A stretch of DNA of 64,000 nucleotides from Savitreella phatthalungensis (taxonomy: Eukaryota): the NCBI GenBank assembly GCA_051599415.1, contig AP039706.1:186001-250000 (forward strand), written 5' to 3'. The notes below the pieces were generated by a model. It was not told the origin of the DNA. It ran no database searches and worked only from the letters and a program-made list of their open reading frames with translations. Shown in pieces: positions 21,976 to 33,056 of this stretch; within the stretch, counting starts at the first letter, position 1; every line of letters begins with the position of its first letter. Position numbers and translations under genes: made by a program.

Positions 21976-22341
21976 TTAGTACATCATGCCTTCTCCTGAG
22001 ATCTTCTTGAGCTCCCACTCGCTGTCGAATCGCTGTTTGAGCTGGTCTAGTTGAATGAGGATGGTTCGACATGCCTCTGAGACTGCGTCTTTTGGCTCAA
22101 TTCCGTCGATTGTCTGGATACGGAGGATGAATGAGTGATCGAGTGGATGTTCTACACGGTATGCCGCGAAGAGAACACGAGAATCTTTGAGCAGCTGAGC
22201 ACGTAGCAGGTTGCCCAGCGTGTGGTCTTCCTTCTCGAACTTGATCGTGACACAGTTGGGTAGCTTTGCATCGGGCGTTACTGTGAGCTTCGACACACCC
22301 TCAGGAACGAGGATGAGCTCATAGCGCTCTGGCGCGTTCAT
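21976..22341 (-). CDS. RPB11: RNA polymerase II subunit RPB11
   Basis: MNAPERYEL, KEDHTLGNLLR, VLFAAYRVEHPL. Confidence 0.97.
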   Translation of the reverse strand: MNAPERYELILVPEGVSKLTVTPDAKLPNCVTIKFEKEDHTLGNLLRAQLLKDSRVLFAAYRVEHPLDHSFILRIQTIDGIEPKDAVSEACRTILIQLDQLKQRFDSEWELKKISGEGMMY

Positions 22342-22690
22342 GACCGAACTCTCTCAAATGAAGAGTCAAGGCACTAGATCGAAGGACTGGAAGAAGAGCT
22401 GTTGTCCAGGAAGCTTTGTCCAGCCTCTTCTGCAGTGGTGGTTGTCAATGGTCTTGGTTGACTTATTTCTTGCGTTCACGTGTTTGTCGGAAAGAGATTT
22501 AAAATGCACAAAGCCTTTACAGCATGTGTGGTGTTCATAGAGATACCTCTAAGGAAATACATCGTGGCAAGTCAAGGAAGTCAGTGAATGAGCACCGAGT
22601 AGGGTCAAGGAAGAATGGAGGGCAAGGAAAAGAGAAGGACAGCGGTGAAGTCTTGAGACGATGAGGTCCAGACATTAAATTGAGACCCTT

Positions 22691-24022
22691 TTACGCCTGT
22701 GGATGAGGCGATGCTTCAGGTTTCCACCTTCGCCTGCCAGGCAAATATGTTGTTTTCGCTCGAGCAGCTCGTGATCGATCGATGCCTGGGATCGTGCTAG
22801 CTGCCGTGAGTTCTGCGCATTGCCTGAGGATGCTTGACGGATTCAGGGAAGCGAGTCTGCGGATGCACTCGATATGCCATTTGCGCGGCAATTGTACCAC
22901 GCGATTCGGCGTGTTGCCAAATAGCACAGGACCACCTGTCAGGGCGTCAAGGACCGTGTCCGGCTGTGCACTCTTAACGACCCATCGCTTGACCATCACG
23001 GGCGGCCACTCGTAGATGATCGGACTTGACAACCAATTGCCAACAGTGCCGGCAACAAGCCCCGTTGCAACGCTCGTCCCACGCGACAACTGGAGCCAAT
23101 CGCGGTCTTCCCCTCCAGGTGATGGGGTGATTATATCGGTTGCCGGAGCCAGGAGATCGACACAATCGCCCCAAGGGCTTGCAGTTGAGTGGAATTGGTT
23201 CTGCATATCGAATCCAGAGACGGTGATGACTTTATCGTACTTTGCTGGGGACTGCTGACAGGAGTTCTGCCCGGCGCTTCCGCCAGTAGCAATGATCACA
23301 AAGCCTTCTTTCTCGGCAGCATCAATGATGGGCTCCATCGCTGGCGCATCCTCCATCGTCAGGGGCAAAACGATCAGCCTGCGTCTGTCGCCGCGCGATG
23401 GAGCAGAATCGACCACCCACTCGATTCCCTCGAGAACGGTGTTGAGCCAAGCTTGTCCATCATCATGAACCACTTTGACGGAATACACATGCATGGCGGC
23501 AGATGCACCGTAATGCTTGGCCATCATGGCGCCAGCGACCTGTGTCCCGTGGCCGAATTTATCGAAGCTCGAGGTGAGACTTAGGCGGTCAGCGGAGGTG
23601 AAGCAGATTGCGCGGCCCGCCAGTAGTCTGTGGTCGCAATCGACGCCGCTGTCGAGGATGTACCCGTGGACATTGTCACCCCTAGCGAGACTTGTGGCGG
23701 GAGCGTGGTAGCCAAGCGCCTTGCTTCGCTCTTCATCGAACTCGAGCAGCCTGGAGTCACCCATCCGCTGGAGGTACCACGGCGCACTGACAGTGTACTC
23801 GTTCTCGACAGTTGGTCTTGCAGCACCGTTGGAGCTAAGCGTCCAGCCGCGCGTCATCCTTAGCGACTCCAGTAACCAGTCGGGCGTCATCTGTGACAGC
23901 GCAACGACACTGCCGAGTGAATACCGTCGTGTCACATATGGCTCAAGGTCGATGGCGATTTGCGGATGCAGCGCAGGGTAGCCGAGACTGCTAGCTAGCC
24001 AGCCGACACGGTTGATACGCAT
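22691..24022 (-). CDS. Divergent subtilisin-like serine protease (S8, proteinase K-like); 5' end uncertain
   Basis: ILDSGVD (Asp), GHGTQVAG (His), GTSVA (Ser), SPA, WGDCVDLLAP; APWYLQRM resembles the mature N-terminus of proteinase K-type enzymes. Confidence 0.8.
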   Translation of the reverse strand: MRINRVGWLASSLGYPALHPQIAIDLEPYVTRRYSLGSVVALSQMTPDWLLESLRMTRGWTLSSNGAARPTVENEYTVSAPWYLQRMGDSRLLEFDEERSKALGYHAPATSLARGDNVHGYILDSGVDCDHRLLAGRAICFTSADRLSLTSSFDKFGHGTQVAGAMMAKHYGASAAMHVYSVKVVHDDGQAWLNTVLEGIEWVVDSAPSRGDRRRLIVLPLTMEDAPAMEPIIDAAEKEGFVIIATGGSAGQNSCQQSPAKYDKVITVSGFDMQNQFHSTASPWGDCVDLLAPATDIITPSPGGEDRDWLQLSRGTSVATGLVAGTVGNWLSSPIIYEWPPVMVKRWVVKSAQPDTVLDALTGGPVLFGNTPNRVVQLPRKWHIECIRRLASLNPSSILRQCAELTAASTIPGIDRSRAARAKTTYLPGRRRWKPEASPHPQA

Positions 24023-24526
24023 CTTCCAGCATTATGGCAGAACGAGCGCGAAAGGTTGCCTATTTAGCATGACTGGCGTCGGAAATGTAAAGGTGCGCGT
24101 GATCATGTGAGATTCCGAGAGACCTGGTGCAGCCTGTACAATGTCGTGATCAGCCTGTCATCCACGACAGCAGCACCGGCATGACGAGCAGTCATGATGG
24201 CAGAATGTAGAAGACCACGCGCTTCATGACCTGTCATGATCCAGCGTGGCCATAACGGGATACTCCCTGTCTGGTAGGCATGATTTCATCTGGACAGCGT
24301 GTTGGAGCAGCTGACGTCGACTTGACCGTTGCGTATTCCGTACTCTGATCACGTACGTTGAAACGCGATCGGGTGTGTGCATCTAGTGCATATCAATTCG
24401 GACGCCTGGTAGACTGTAGCACGATTGCATAAAAAAGTTGAAGCAGGGAGTGAGAAGAACCCTACAGCACAAGGGCTTGACGGCGGACTAGAGCGTCAGA
24501 GACTCGGGCGGAAGCAGTCAGTCGCG

Positions 24527-25216
24527 ATGGCGTCGTCATCGTCGGCGTCAAGAACAATCTACATTCACAGGCACATCATCACGTCGCAAACACTCTACTC
24601 GACCTCAGCCAACATCCGACATGGTACGTCCAAGATTCATGCGCAGCTGCCGGACGGTCGGCGGACGCGTCCACAGGCTCTGCGGAAGGATCACTGGGAG
24701 CCTTTGTGCTGGGCCCATTTTGGGGATACGGGGACGATGACGAAGGTGCTCGGTCGGATGAGTGATTTCCGGCGCTGGCGTGCAGCGATTCCTGCAAGCC
24801 AGCGGAAGCCAGCACGGATTCCAGAGCAAAGTGACCACGTCGCACCTGACGATAACAAAGTCTACCCGAACAAGCGTATCCCTGACGGCGCAGCACAAAA
24901 GCCGCCGAAGAAGTACCAGCGCCGGCAGGCCGCCTTTGATATGACTGCTGAGAGTATCGCTGATTTGAGTGCTGCTTGCGCGTGGGCTGTGCCGGTGGAG
25001 GAGGCTCAGAAGGTCGAGGTTGAATGGTTGGATATCCAGCGTAAGAGACATGCTGTCTCGTGGCCTGAGAACGTCACACACTCCCAGACCATTAAATTGG
25101 CAAAGGGCTTCCGCCTGGACAAGACTCAAGAGCCCAACGAGACTCTCAGTCCGGACGACCTGTCTGCGGCTCAGGCTCAACAAGAGGCTACTGCGTCCCC
25201 AACACTCCCAGCATAG
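24527..25216 (+). CDS. MHR1: Mitochondrial ribosomal protein mL67 / homologous recombination protein Mhr1
   Basis: IYIHRHIITSQTLYS, RPQALRKDHWEP, SIADL, VEW...SWPENVTH motifs; first ATG 24527. Confidence 0.8.
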   Translation: MASSSSASRTIYIHRHIITSQTLYSTSANIRHGTSKIHAQLPDGRRTRPQALRKDHWEPLCWAHFGDTGTMTKVLGRMSDFRRWRAAIPASQRKPARIPEQSDHVAPDDNKVYPNKRIPDGAAQKPPKKYQRRQAAFDMTAESIADLSAACAWAVPVEEAQKVEVEWLDIQRKRHAVSWPENVTHSQTIKLAKGFRLDKTQEPNETLSPDDLSAAQAQQEATASPTLPA

Positions 25217-25313
25217 TGCACTGCACCGCAATCGCAACACATCATATCGCATCGTAACCATCTAATCCATTGTACATAACAGGGTATTTCCTTCGCGATC
25301 TCTTTCTCTGCGA

Positions 25314-26057
25314 TCATGCGTAACGAGCGTTGGCTCTGGCGAGGTGTCCTTCATCGTCTGTGATGCCTAGCGTTCTGAGTATTGGTGCGGCGCGTGAGCC
25401 TATTGCTGCGTAGAGATGTTTGACGAGATTTGTAGGCCGCTTTGCCTGAATGCCTTCACTCTGGCCTGCGACTGCGGTATCTGTGCCGAGTGCTGGGGCA
25501 GTGGCAGTGGTCGGTAGGACGTTGTCTCCAGCAGACAGACTCACAAACAACGCAAATGGTACCAGCCATACGCACAGCATGAAGAAGCTAGCAACCTGTG
25601 AGAACGTCACCTCAGGAGGTCCACCGTTGCTCGATGACCCGCGGCGGAAGGACGTCCAGTCTGAAGTGTGGCCGTACTGGAGGTACTCTCTGCGAGCGCG
25701 CTGGATTGCGCCGAAGTGGCGGAACCACAGGTAGTGGTTGAGGACTGTGAGTAGGGCGCCGCCGATGAACCTGCCTGAGGTCACCCTGATGAATGGGAAG
25801 GTCGCGAGGTTGTAGTGGTAGACTGCGTGCGAGGCCAGTCCCAGACAGACAAGCAGAAATGGCAGTCCGTCTGTGATCCACGAGAGGGCGAGGAAGATGC
25901 AGATAGCGTAGATACACCGCTCTATACACCGCCGAGCGAATCGCGAGTGCTCTTCCACGAACTCCGACACATAGTATAGTGCGGATGCTATTGACAAAGT
26001 TGCTCCGATGAAACCCAGGATGCCTCCCACGAACGATAGAGCGGTGAGTAACAGCAT
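25314..26057 (-). CDS. SVP26: Erv26/Svp26 (TEX261) transmembrane cargo adaptor
   Basis: LSIASALYYVSEFVEEHS, NHYLWFRHF, SFFMLCVWLVPFALFVSLSAGDNVLP. Confidence 0.92.
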   Translation of the reverse strand: MLLLTALSFVGGILGFIGATLSIASALYYVSEFVEEHSRFARRCIERCIYAICIFLALSWITDGLPFLLVCLGLASHAVYHYNLATFPFIRVTSGRFIGGALLTVLNHYLWFRHFGAIQRARREYLQYGHTSDWTSFRRGSSSNGGPPEVTFSQVASFFMLCVWLVPFALFVSLSAGDNVLPTTATAPALGTDTAVAGQSEGIQAKRPTNLVKHLYAAIGSRAAPILRTLGITDDEGHLARANARYA

Positions 26058-26377
26058 CTTTGGAGTTTACACCTTCAGAAACCTACCAACAGAACGCGTC
26101 TTGATGAGGCGTAGACGTGTAAAGCTGTGCGTGAATGTTTGTGATCCTCTCAGAATCTGAGCTTGTGACGTCGCAGGGAGAATTCAATTTCAATTGGAAA
26201 TTTCTCCATGTCACGCTCAAAAAGCTCCTGCCGTCTTTGCACGCTAACAGAAATTGATTCTCTCACACACACGACACAATCAGCCGAGTCAATGGTCTTC
26301 CAAGTGGGATATCCATTCCTGCAGGAGTGTCTCTACACGTATATGTACATGGTCTCATCTTGACCTGGATGTGTGTC

Positions 26378-27019
26378 CTAGACGACGGTGTTCTCGCCAG
26401 CTGCTGCTTGCTCTTGAGCGAGTTTTGTGTGCTGGACAATATCGAGCGATTCCCATGGGTAACAGACCCACTCGCCTCCTACTTCCTTGCCCACAAAGTA
26501 CCGCGACATGTCCATCAGGTCGTCCAGCTCTGCCTTCTTCGGCTTGTTCTTGTTGTGTACGACAAAGACTCCGAACTCTGTGTGTGATTCTTTGAGTGTC
26601 TGACCGACGGCCTCTGCCTGGGAGGTGGCGTCTTTGAGTAGCTCTCGGACGGCGTAGTGGAGGGTGGTCCGGGTGTCGTCGACTTCATCGACGATGAGGA
26701 TCCGCTTGCCTAGGAGTGACTTGCCGCCCATGGTGGAGAAGTCGAGCCACTGGATCCGCTGGACTTCTGCACCGATTTGTTCCTCTACGCCTGTGCCGAG
26801 ATCCTCGTAAAGCACGAGACCGATCGCCTGGATCGGGATGTTCTTCTGACCTGGAACTTTCAAGAACGTGCGCAGAATACGTGCAGGGATGAAACCGCCG
26901 CCGCCAATAGCCAAGATCAGGTCGGGCCGGAAATCGCGCAGGATGACCTCGCCTGCAGCCTGGCAGAGCTGGTGAATCTGGTCATACGACACATATACCT
27001 TCTTTGGTGTGTCTGTCAT
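26378..27019 (-). CDS. XPT1: Fungal xanthine/hypoxanthine-guanine phosphoribosyltransferase (Xpt1/Hpt1 type)
   Basis: YVSYDQIH, AIGGGGFIPARILRTFL, PRPP motif ILIVDEVDDTRTTL, YPWE. Confidence 0.9.
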   Translation of the reverse strand: MTDTPKKVYVSYDQIHQLCQAAGEVILRDFRPDLILAIGGGGFIPARILRTFLKVPGQKNIPIQAIGLVLYEDLGTGVEEQIGAEVQRIQWLDFSTMGGKSLLGKRILIVDEVDDTRTTLHYAVRELLKDATSQAEAVGQTLKESHTEFGVFVVHNKNKPKKAELDDLMDMSRYFVGKEVGGEWVCYPWESLDIVQHTKLAQEQAAAGENTVV

Positions 27020-27367
27020 CTTACCGAGATGTGTATGTAGGTAATAGAAGGCGAACGCCGAAGTATCAAAGGAGAAGAGGACTCCTATAGATCTTCACAG
27101 CGATGTGTAGCCTAGAATGAGCTCAAGTCAACGGTTGAAACTGTGTAAGGAACCAGGAAAAAAAACCCGTGCACGGAATCCCGCAACAATATTCTTGAGC
27201 GTGATACCAGGTGATCACAAAACGATAATGTTATGCACGCCTTAAGTCAGCAATATAGAGCCAGGATGGAAGGTGTCATATACTATATTGTGTATATCGA
27301 TAGAGTTCCTTAAATACAAGGTATTTGCTACATATATCGTAGAGATCGTGTGTCTTCTCGATCGAAT

Positions 27368-29626
27368 CTAGTAGTAGAGCTCTACCAGGATCGAGATGAT
27401 CATGCCGATGAGGAAGATTCCAATCAACGCGACGCCTAGCCCACGAGTCATCCTATACCCTTGTGCTGGGATAGCAATCAGCATCGTCACAAGTGTCGTC
27501 AGGAGGGAAGCGCAGGTGATGATCAGAGTCGGCGAGATTTGCGTGTCGTAAGATTTGTGGGATGCGAGGTTGACATAGGCGCCAGAGATCCCGAGTCCCA
27601 GAAGGATGTTCATCAACGGACCTCCGAAAGTGGCTGAGAATGCCATGACTGAGAATCCCATCCTGGCGACCGTCACATCCGCCACAAAATCGGCAAGAGA
27701 GCTACCGACAGCGAAGACTGTCAGTCCGAGGATGGCATCTGATAGGCCGAGGATTGTGCCGAAAGCTTGGAGTACGCCGACAAGCTCGCTCGCGATGGTC
27801 GAGATCCACGTGATCGATACAAGAAATCCGACAGCTGAGAGGTAGGTGTGATACTTTGGACGCTTGTGCGGACTGGTGGACGTCAGGAGTAGACCAACAG
27901 AGGACGCTGCAACGACAGCGGCGACGGCAAGTGGGATCAGCTTGAATCCAGGTTCCAGCACAGTCGTGGCCAACAAGAACGGAGCCAGTAGAGCCTGAAC
28001 GCAAGTCAACCACCGATTCCAGCCACGTTCGCCACGATACCGATCTGTGTCATCATGTGGTACCACTTCCATCGCATCCAGCTCGGCGTCGACATCTCCT
28101 TGCTTGTCATCTAGCGGTGGGCTAACGACTGGTAGGGTTAGCGTTAGGACGAGGACTGACGGAGCTGCGAGCACAGAAAGCAACTTAGAAGACCAGCTCT
28201 GTGCTCTGAACTTGCACAATGATGGCAGCAGCAGGTGCTTCAACTCGCTCGGCGATGGCAGCAGCCATAGTGGCCATCCTGCTGGTACCCAATCATCAGG
28301 GCGGATTTGCTCTCCGCGTGGGCTTTCCTCATCCTCGTCGTCCTTTCTCAATTCAGTCGCCTGATATGTAGGCGATCGCTGGAAAGTCGGAGTATATTCG
28401 TCTGCCATGGAATCGAATGGATTATGTTCCACAGCCACAGGCGAAGGTGTGATGGACAACTCGATAGCGCTCGTAGGCGAGTCTTGTGGCGGACCTTGCC
28501 AGTTCGGGGGCTGCACGCCAGCGACCGAGGTCGACTTCATTAATACATCAGGCGAAGCCATGGGGATGCGGACTGGGGCATTAGTCGAATGGCCACGTGC
28601 ACTGCTCTGCCTGGACATTAAGGCAGGCACTGCAAGCGAATGAGAGCGCGGTCGACCACGCATCACCTTGATGGCGTTCTCCGTGGGCGTGCTAGCCTGT
28701 GAGACACCTCTCGCGAGTGCTGAAAATTCCAAGGCGCCAAGAAGAGATGGACGAATGTTCTTCGTCGTGTGTAATGGGTTGCCTGTGATCGACATACTTG
28801 AGTTCAGGTCTTGATAGGCGTGACGCTGTCGCTGGACTTCCTCCTCGTCAGGGCTTACTTCGACAGGCTCTGTATCATCTTCAAGTAGAGAGACATCTGT
28901 CTCATCTCCGGATGCTACAGCACGCTCCCGCCGGTGTCTCCGACTCGTAAACCACTGTCCTGCGAGAACGACAGCAACATAAGCGACATAGAAGAAAATC
29001 ATAAGCAGCGATTCCCAGAGTCTGAGACGTCCATCTGCGAGAAGGAACATTGTCATCACGACAGCGACAGAGAAAAAGCCAGCGTCCCGTAGGAATGCGC
29101 GACGTGAGACGTTGAAAGGCGAGATGATTGCCATCACTCCAGCCACGACTGAGGTGATGAAAGCGGCAGCACCGAGCAGTTCGCCAATTGCCAAACTGCC
29201 AGAGTTGGCTTTGAAGGCTGCAAAGGTTGAGAACACATCCGGAGATCCGTTGCCGAGGGCGAGCAAGGTGACCCCTGCAACACTTTGACTCATGCCGAGA
29301 CTGTTTGCGATGGTAGCCAAGTTTGGGCAGAAGAAGTCGCTCGAAGCGATGCCGATCGTGCTGAAGAGCAGTGCTGTCCAGAGGCATAAGATGATGAATC
29401 CAAGAACGGGTGTGGTAGCCATGGAGCAATAGTACCATGCAATATAGCCGATGTATCCTGCGGCATCGTCATGACAGTATTTGAGCGCGTGCTTGCACTG
29501 GTCTTTTGCCTCGTGCAGATCTGCGCAGTGATGCTTGCCCTTTAAAGTGGTTAGCTGATGGGCGCTTGCGACTGAGATGCAAGCGAGTGAGGCTATCAAG
29601 AAGGTTGCGCGCGAGATTTGCGGCAT
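27368..29626 (-). CDS. Cation/Ca2+ exchanger, CCX family (Ecm27-like)
   Basis: Signal peptide, alpha-1 repeat AGVTLLALGNGSPDVFST, alpha-2 repeat LGLTVFAVGSSLADF...GGPLMNILLG, large central loop. Confidence 0.92.
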   Translation of the reverse strand: MPQISRATFLIASLACISVASAHQLTTLKGKHHCADLHEAKDQCKHALKYCHDDAAGYIGYIAWYYCSMATTPVLGFIILCLWTALLFSTIGIASSDFFCPNLATIANSLGMSQSVAGVTLLALGNGSPDVFSTFAAFKANSGSLAIGELLGAAAFITSVVAGVMAIISPFNVSRRAFLRDAGFFSVAVVMTMFLLADGRLRLWESLLMIFFYVAYVAVVLAGQWFTSRRHRRERAVASGDETDVSLLEDDTEPVEVSPDEEEVQRQRHAYQDLNSSMSITGNPLHTTKNIRPSLLGALEFSALARGVSQASTPTENAIKVMRGRPRSHSLAVPALMSRQSSARGHSTNAPVRIPMASPDVLMKSTSVAGVQPPNWQGPPQDSPTSAIELSITPSPVAVEHNPFDSMADEYTPTFQRSPTYQATELRKDDEDEESPRGEQIRPDDWVPAGWPLWLLPSPSELKHLLLPSLCKFRAQSWSSKLLSVLAAPSVLVLTLTLPVVSPPLDDKQGDVDAELDAMEVVPHDDTDRYRGERGWNRWLTCVQALLAPFLLATTVLEPGFKLIPLAVAAVVAASSVGLLLTSTSPHKRPKYHTYLSAVGFLVSITWISTIASELVGVLQAFGTILGLSDAILGLTVFAVGSSLADFVADVTVARMGFSVMAFSATFGGPLMNILLGLGISGAYVNLASHKSYDTQISPTLIITCASLLTTLVTMLIAIPAQGYRMTRGLGVALIGIFLIGMIISILVELYY

Positions 29627-30520
29627 TGTTGAATGGGTCGGAACTCAAGAAGATTCAGAGGACATGATTTGCAAGAGTTTATTGCTGGACAAGAAGAGAA
29701 AGGAGATGAAGGCGCTGAGTCTGTGTCTTCGTATGAGCTTTTGACGAGTTATGCAGTTTTCAGTTGCGTAGTCGTGTGATGAACTGTTGTAGGGTACAAG
29801 TATATCTCTGTTCACAGGTGTGATGTAGTTGGTATGATGTAGTTGGTACTGTGTGATGTAGTGGAGTATGTATGAATGTGTGTGGATGTTTGTCTATACG
29901 TAGTAGGAAGCTACGTAACTCAAGTCTTGGAAATCGATCCCATATATGCATGCATGTTCTTGGCTTTTCTTGGATAGATTCACCCCACCCACTCAATTCG
30001 GTCATTTTTCAACGTCAACTCAACTTCTTCCATCCCGTGCATTCATTCATCACAAGATCGATTCTTTCTTCTTTCCATCGATCGATCCATTCACCTAGCT
30101 CTCTTGCAGTCCGATACATGAATGAATTTAGAAATTTCAATTTACCTTTCTGGCTTTAAATTCTGAAGTTAGAATTCAATTCCATTTTAATTTTTGTATT
30201 TTGGATATGTGCACGGGATTCCAAAAATAGCAATTGATCATACAGCTGCAATATACACTAAATTTCATCTTCATCATCACCATTATCAATATTGCCATAT
30301 ATGCAACAACAACATACACACATGCAGCTAGCTGAATCATAGCTATCTATCTATATAGCCTATTCTGTCCCAACCATACCATTTCTCTACTCAGTATGAT
30401 GATCGTGACTGGGCATTCGGTATAGCTATCAAGCCATCAAGCAAGGATCAAAACTCGGGGTGGATGGATGACTAGAGCCAAGTAAGTAAACAAGGCGGAT
30501 CCTGCTCTCTTTCTTCCTCT

Positions 30521-32983
30521 ATGAGTGGAGATATCCCAGGAGAGCTGCTAGGAAAAATACTAGATCATCTAGACGTCGCATCGCTCGCAAGATGTGCACA
30601 GACATCTCTCACGCTCAGAGATGCAGTATACGACGATTCACGATGGGTCATGCGTCTAAGAAAGATGGGCGTCTGGTCAGAAGAGGATGCAAAACGGAGA
30701 ATAGAGGAAAAACGACAGCGCACTGATGGTACACTTTTTGATGCAAATCGCGCACAGAAGCGGCAAAACAGGCGTACAGCAGAGCTCCTTTCTATCGCCA
30801 AAAATGCTCAAGATCCAGCTCACGCGCTTTACGCCATCGAAAACGTACAGTCCATTCGGGACAAGGCGATGCAAGAGTTTGCAAGAGTCTACGTCGCACT
30901 TTGGCCTTACTATGAAGATCTGGCTAGCTCTCAGGACGTGCCACAAAGTAAAGTCTTCACATCATATAGACAACCTGAGGATCAAGCAAAAATGCTGCAG
31001 CAGCTAGTGGTATTTGAGAGATCCGTGCCAGTGCCGAGCGCAAATCTGGCCTCAGTCATCTCCCTCTTTGAAGACGCGGCTCTCCGAGAGTTCGAAATCG
31101 CTTATGATGCACGAGATGAAGTGACGATGAAGCGCTATGCACAAGTGCTGACGCTCTTGAACGGTGGCACTAGCGTCATTGATGCATTCTGTGCACGCAA
31201 CCCGGCGCTTGCTGGTCAACCGCCGAATCCATTCGCCTGCTTCGACACATTCAATGAAAACGCGGCCATCAACCTTGGACCGCTCCAGCTTGTGGTCGAC
31301 AACCTACAACGGGAGATGAAGTCGCAGATGGGGGTCATTGAGCGTGTCTTCCCGAAGCCATCACTCGCCTGGGATGAATTTTGCCACCGTGTGTTCCGGT
31401 CCTTGCTTACGGACTACATCCACAAGTTGCTCGAATACGCACAGCAACAGGGAACGACGCAGTATCTCACTGCCGTCACAGGCTCCTATGGCGCTCTTCA
31501 CAAGCTTGCAACTGAGTTGGAAATCATTCCTTTGCTATTCACGCTGTATGAGGACCATGTCGGTTTCTATCTCGAGGAAGAGGCTTCCTCCCTCCGGATA
31601 AAAGCTCGTAAAGAGGTTGAAGAATGGGATCGGCAAATCCAAGAGGAGGCAAAACAGACAGAAACCTTGCTTCTCAGCGGCATCAATCGCGAGGCTGCCA
31701 AGAAGAATTTCCTGCAGTCATTCGCCAAAGTCATGCTGATGCCAGTCAACGCCGTTGGTAGTGTCATTGCCGGAAGCTCCGCTGGGAGCGATACGATCAC
31801 AGAGGCGCCAATACAAGTCGAAGGTACGTTGCCAACGACAGAGCTCGCTGCACGGACGGCGATTGCCGATAGCGGTCTTGCCCGGATCAAGAGGCTTCTA
31901 TCGCTCGAAGTCGCGCTCCAGATGGTCCATCATGCGCGAGAATCGATCGAGCGAGCACGTCAATTTGTGCCGCTTCCTGCACCGCATGGGGAAGAGGCAA
32001 GACTGTCGTGTGAGCTCATGTTTGCTGATGTGGTCAAATTGCTCGGATCACGCCACGTCGGCATCGGTTTCGACCTTGCGCTCGAGTCACTGAAAGGGTA
32101 CAATCCACGTGACCGCAAGGAAGCTAATCAGGTCCAGCCGCTCGTCGATTTCCTTGAGCTTGTCCATGTCGCCGATCTTGTCCAGCAGATGTTTGACCTG
32201 TTCTTCGATCGAGAGCTCGCCAACTCAACGAAGCAAGCACCACTCGCTGCTGCTGCCAAAGACAATGCCGCAGCAGTGGCTTCAACATCTACTCCACAAT
32301 CCACCGATCCACCGATCGTCGATCGAGGCGACTTCCTCTCGCCCGCCAACAAGGAGAAGAAGAAACTAGAACAACTGATCGATGCGAAAGTGGCAGAAGG
32401 ATTGAATCGCGGTATCGACGTACTGATCGACCAGGTGGACTACATCCTGGTGACGACGCAGAAGCCGGAGGATTTTCGTCCGTGGGTGGTCTCGAGTGGT
32501 GGTGGTGATCTGAGGGAGACGGAGGCTGCTGTGAAGGTGGTATCGTGCTTGAGGCTGCACACGGATCTGCTGAGGGGTGCAACGGACAAGCCTACGCTGG
32601 ACGTGTTCTTGCAGGAGGTGTGCGTGCGGCTGTACGGGTCGTTGTGCAAGCATGTCAAGCGACAGACGGTCACCGTCGATGGCGGACTCACCCTTATCGC
32701 AGACCTCAACTACTACGCAGCCTGGGTCGCCTCTCTCAAGCAATCCGCAGTCACACCGTACTTTGCCGCACTCAAGCACGTCGCCAACGTCTTCATCATC
32801 TCGGGAGGTGACGGCAGGGCTGTTGGACAAGTGGTTTCTGACGCTACCAGATTCGCCGGCGTCATGAGGCCAGAGGACGTTTATGAGTTTGTCCAGAGGC
32901 GAGCGGATTGGCACAAGGTCAAGAGGGATGTCGACCGCGTCCTCTACGGTACCAAGATTGCCGAAGACTGTGTGGTCATGTAG
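30521..32983 (+). CDS. RCY1: Recyclin-1 (F-box plus Sec10-like domain)
   Basis: N-terminal F-box (IPGELLGKILDHLD...YDDSRW), PLVDFLELVHVADLVQQM, GLNRGIDVL, EDVYEFVQRRADW, C-terminal CaaX box (CVVM). Confidence 0.9.
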   Translation: MSGDIPGELLGKILDHLDVASLARCAQTSLTLRDAVYDDSRWVMRLRKMGVWSEEDAKRRIEEKRQRTDGTLFDANRAQKRQNRRTAELLSIAKNAQDPAHALYAIENVQSIRDKAMQEFARVYVALWPYYEDLASSQDVPQSKVFTSYRQPEDQAKMLQQLVVFERSVPVPSANLASVISLFEDAALREFEIAYDARDEVTMKRYAQVLTLLNGGTSVIDAFCARNPALAGQPPNPFACFDTFNENAAINLGPLQLVVDNLQREMKSQMGVIERVFPKPSLAWDEFCHRVFRSLLTDYIHKLLEYAQQQGTTQYLTAVTGSYGALHKLATELEIIPLLFTLYEDHVGFYLEEEASSLRIKARKEVEEWDRQIQEEAKQTETLLLSGINREAAKKNFLQSFAKVMLMPVNAVGSVIAGSSAGSDTITEAPIQVEGTLPTTELAARTAIADSGLARIKRLLSLEVALQMVHHARESIERARQFVPLPAPHGEEARLSCELMFADVVKLLGSRHVGIGFDLALESLKGYNPRDRKEANQVQPLVDFLELVHVADLVQQMFDLFFDRELANSTKQAPLAAAAKDNAAAVASTSTPQSTDPPIVDRGDFLSPANKEKKKLEQLIDAKVAEGLNRGIDVLIDQVDYILVTTQKPEDFRPWVVSSGGGDLRETEAAVKVVSCLRLHTDLLRGATDKPTLDVFLQEVCVRLYGSLCKHVKRQTVTVDGGLTLIADLNYYAAWVASLKQSAVTPYFAALKHVANVFIISGGDGRAVGQVVSDATRFAGVMRPEDVYEFVQRRADWHKVKRDVDRVLYGTKIAEDCVVM

Positions 32984-33056
32984 ACAGCCTAGACCAGGTT
33001 TGTAAGTAAGGGGAATTGATTAGGTTTATGTGGGACATTAGCTGCCTGGCTACTGG

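Noticed and set aside
22691..24022. Subtilase as the HET-Q2-like activating partner of orphan A
   Set aside because: It lies more than 20 kb away among housekeeping genes, and the gasdermin-like nature of A is itself unproven.
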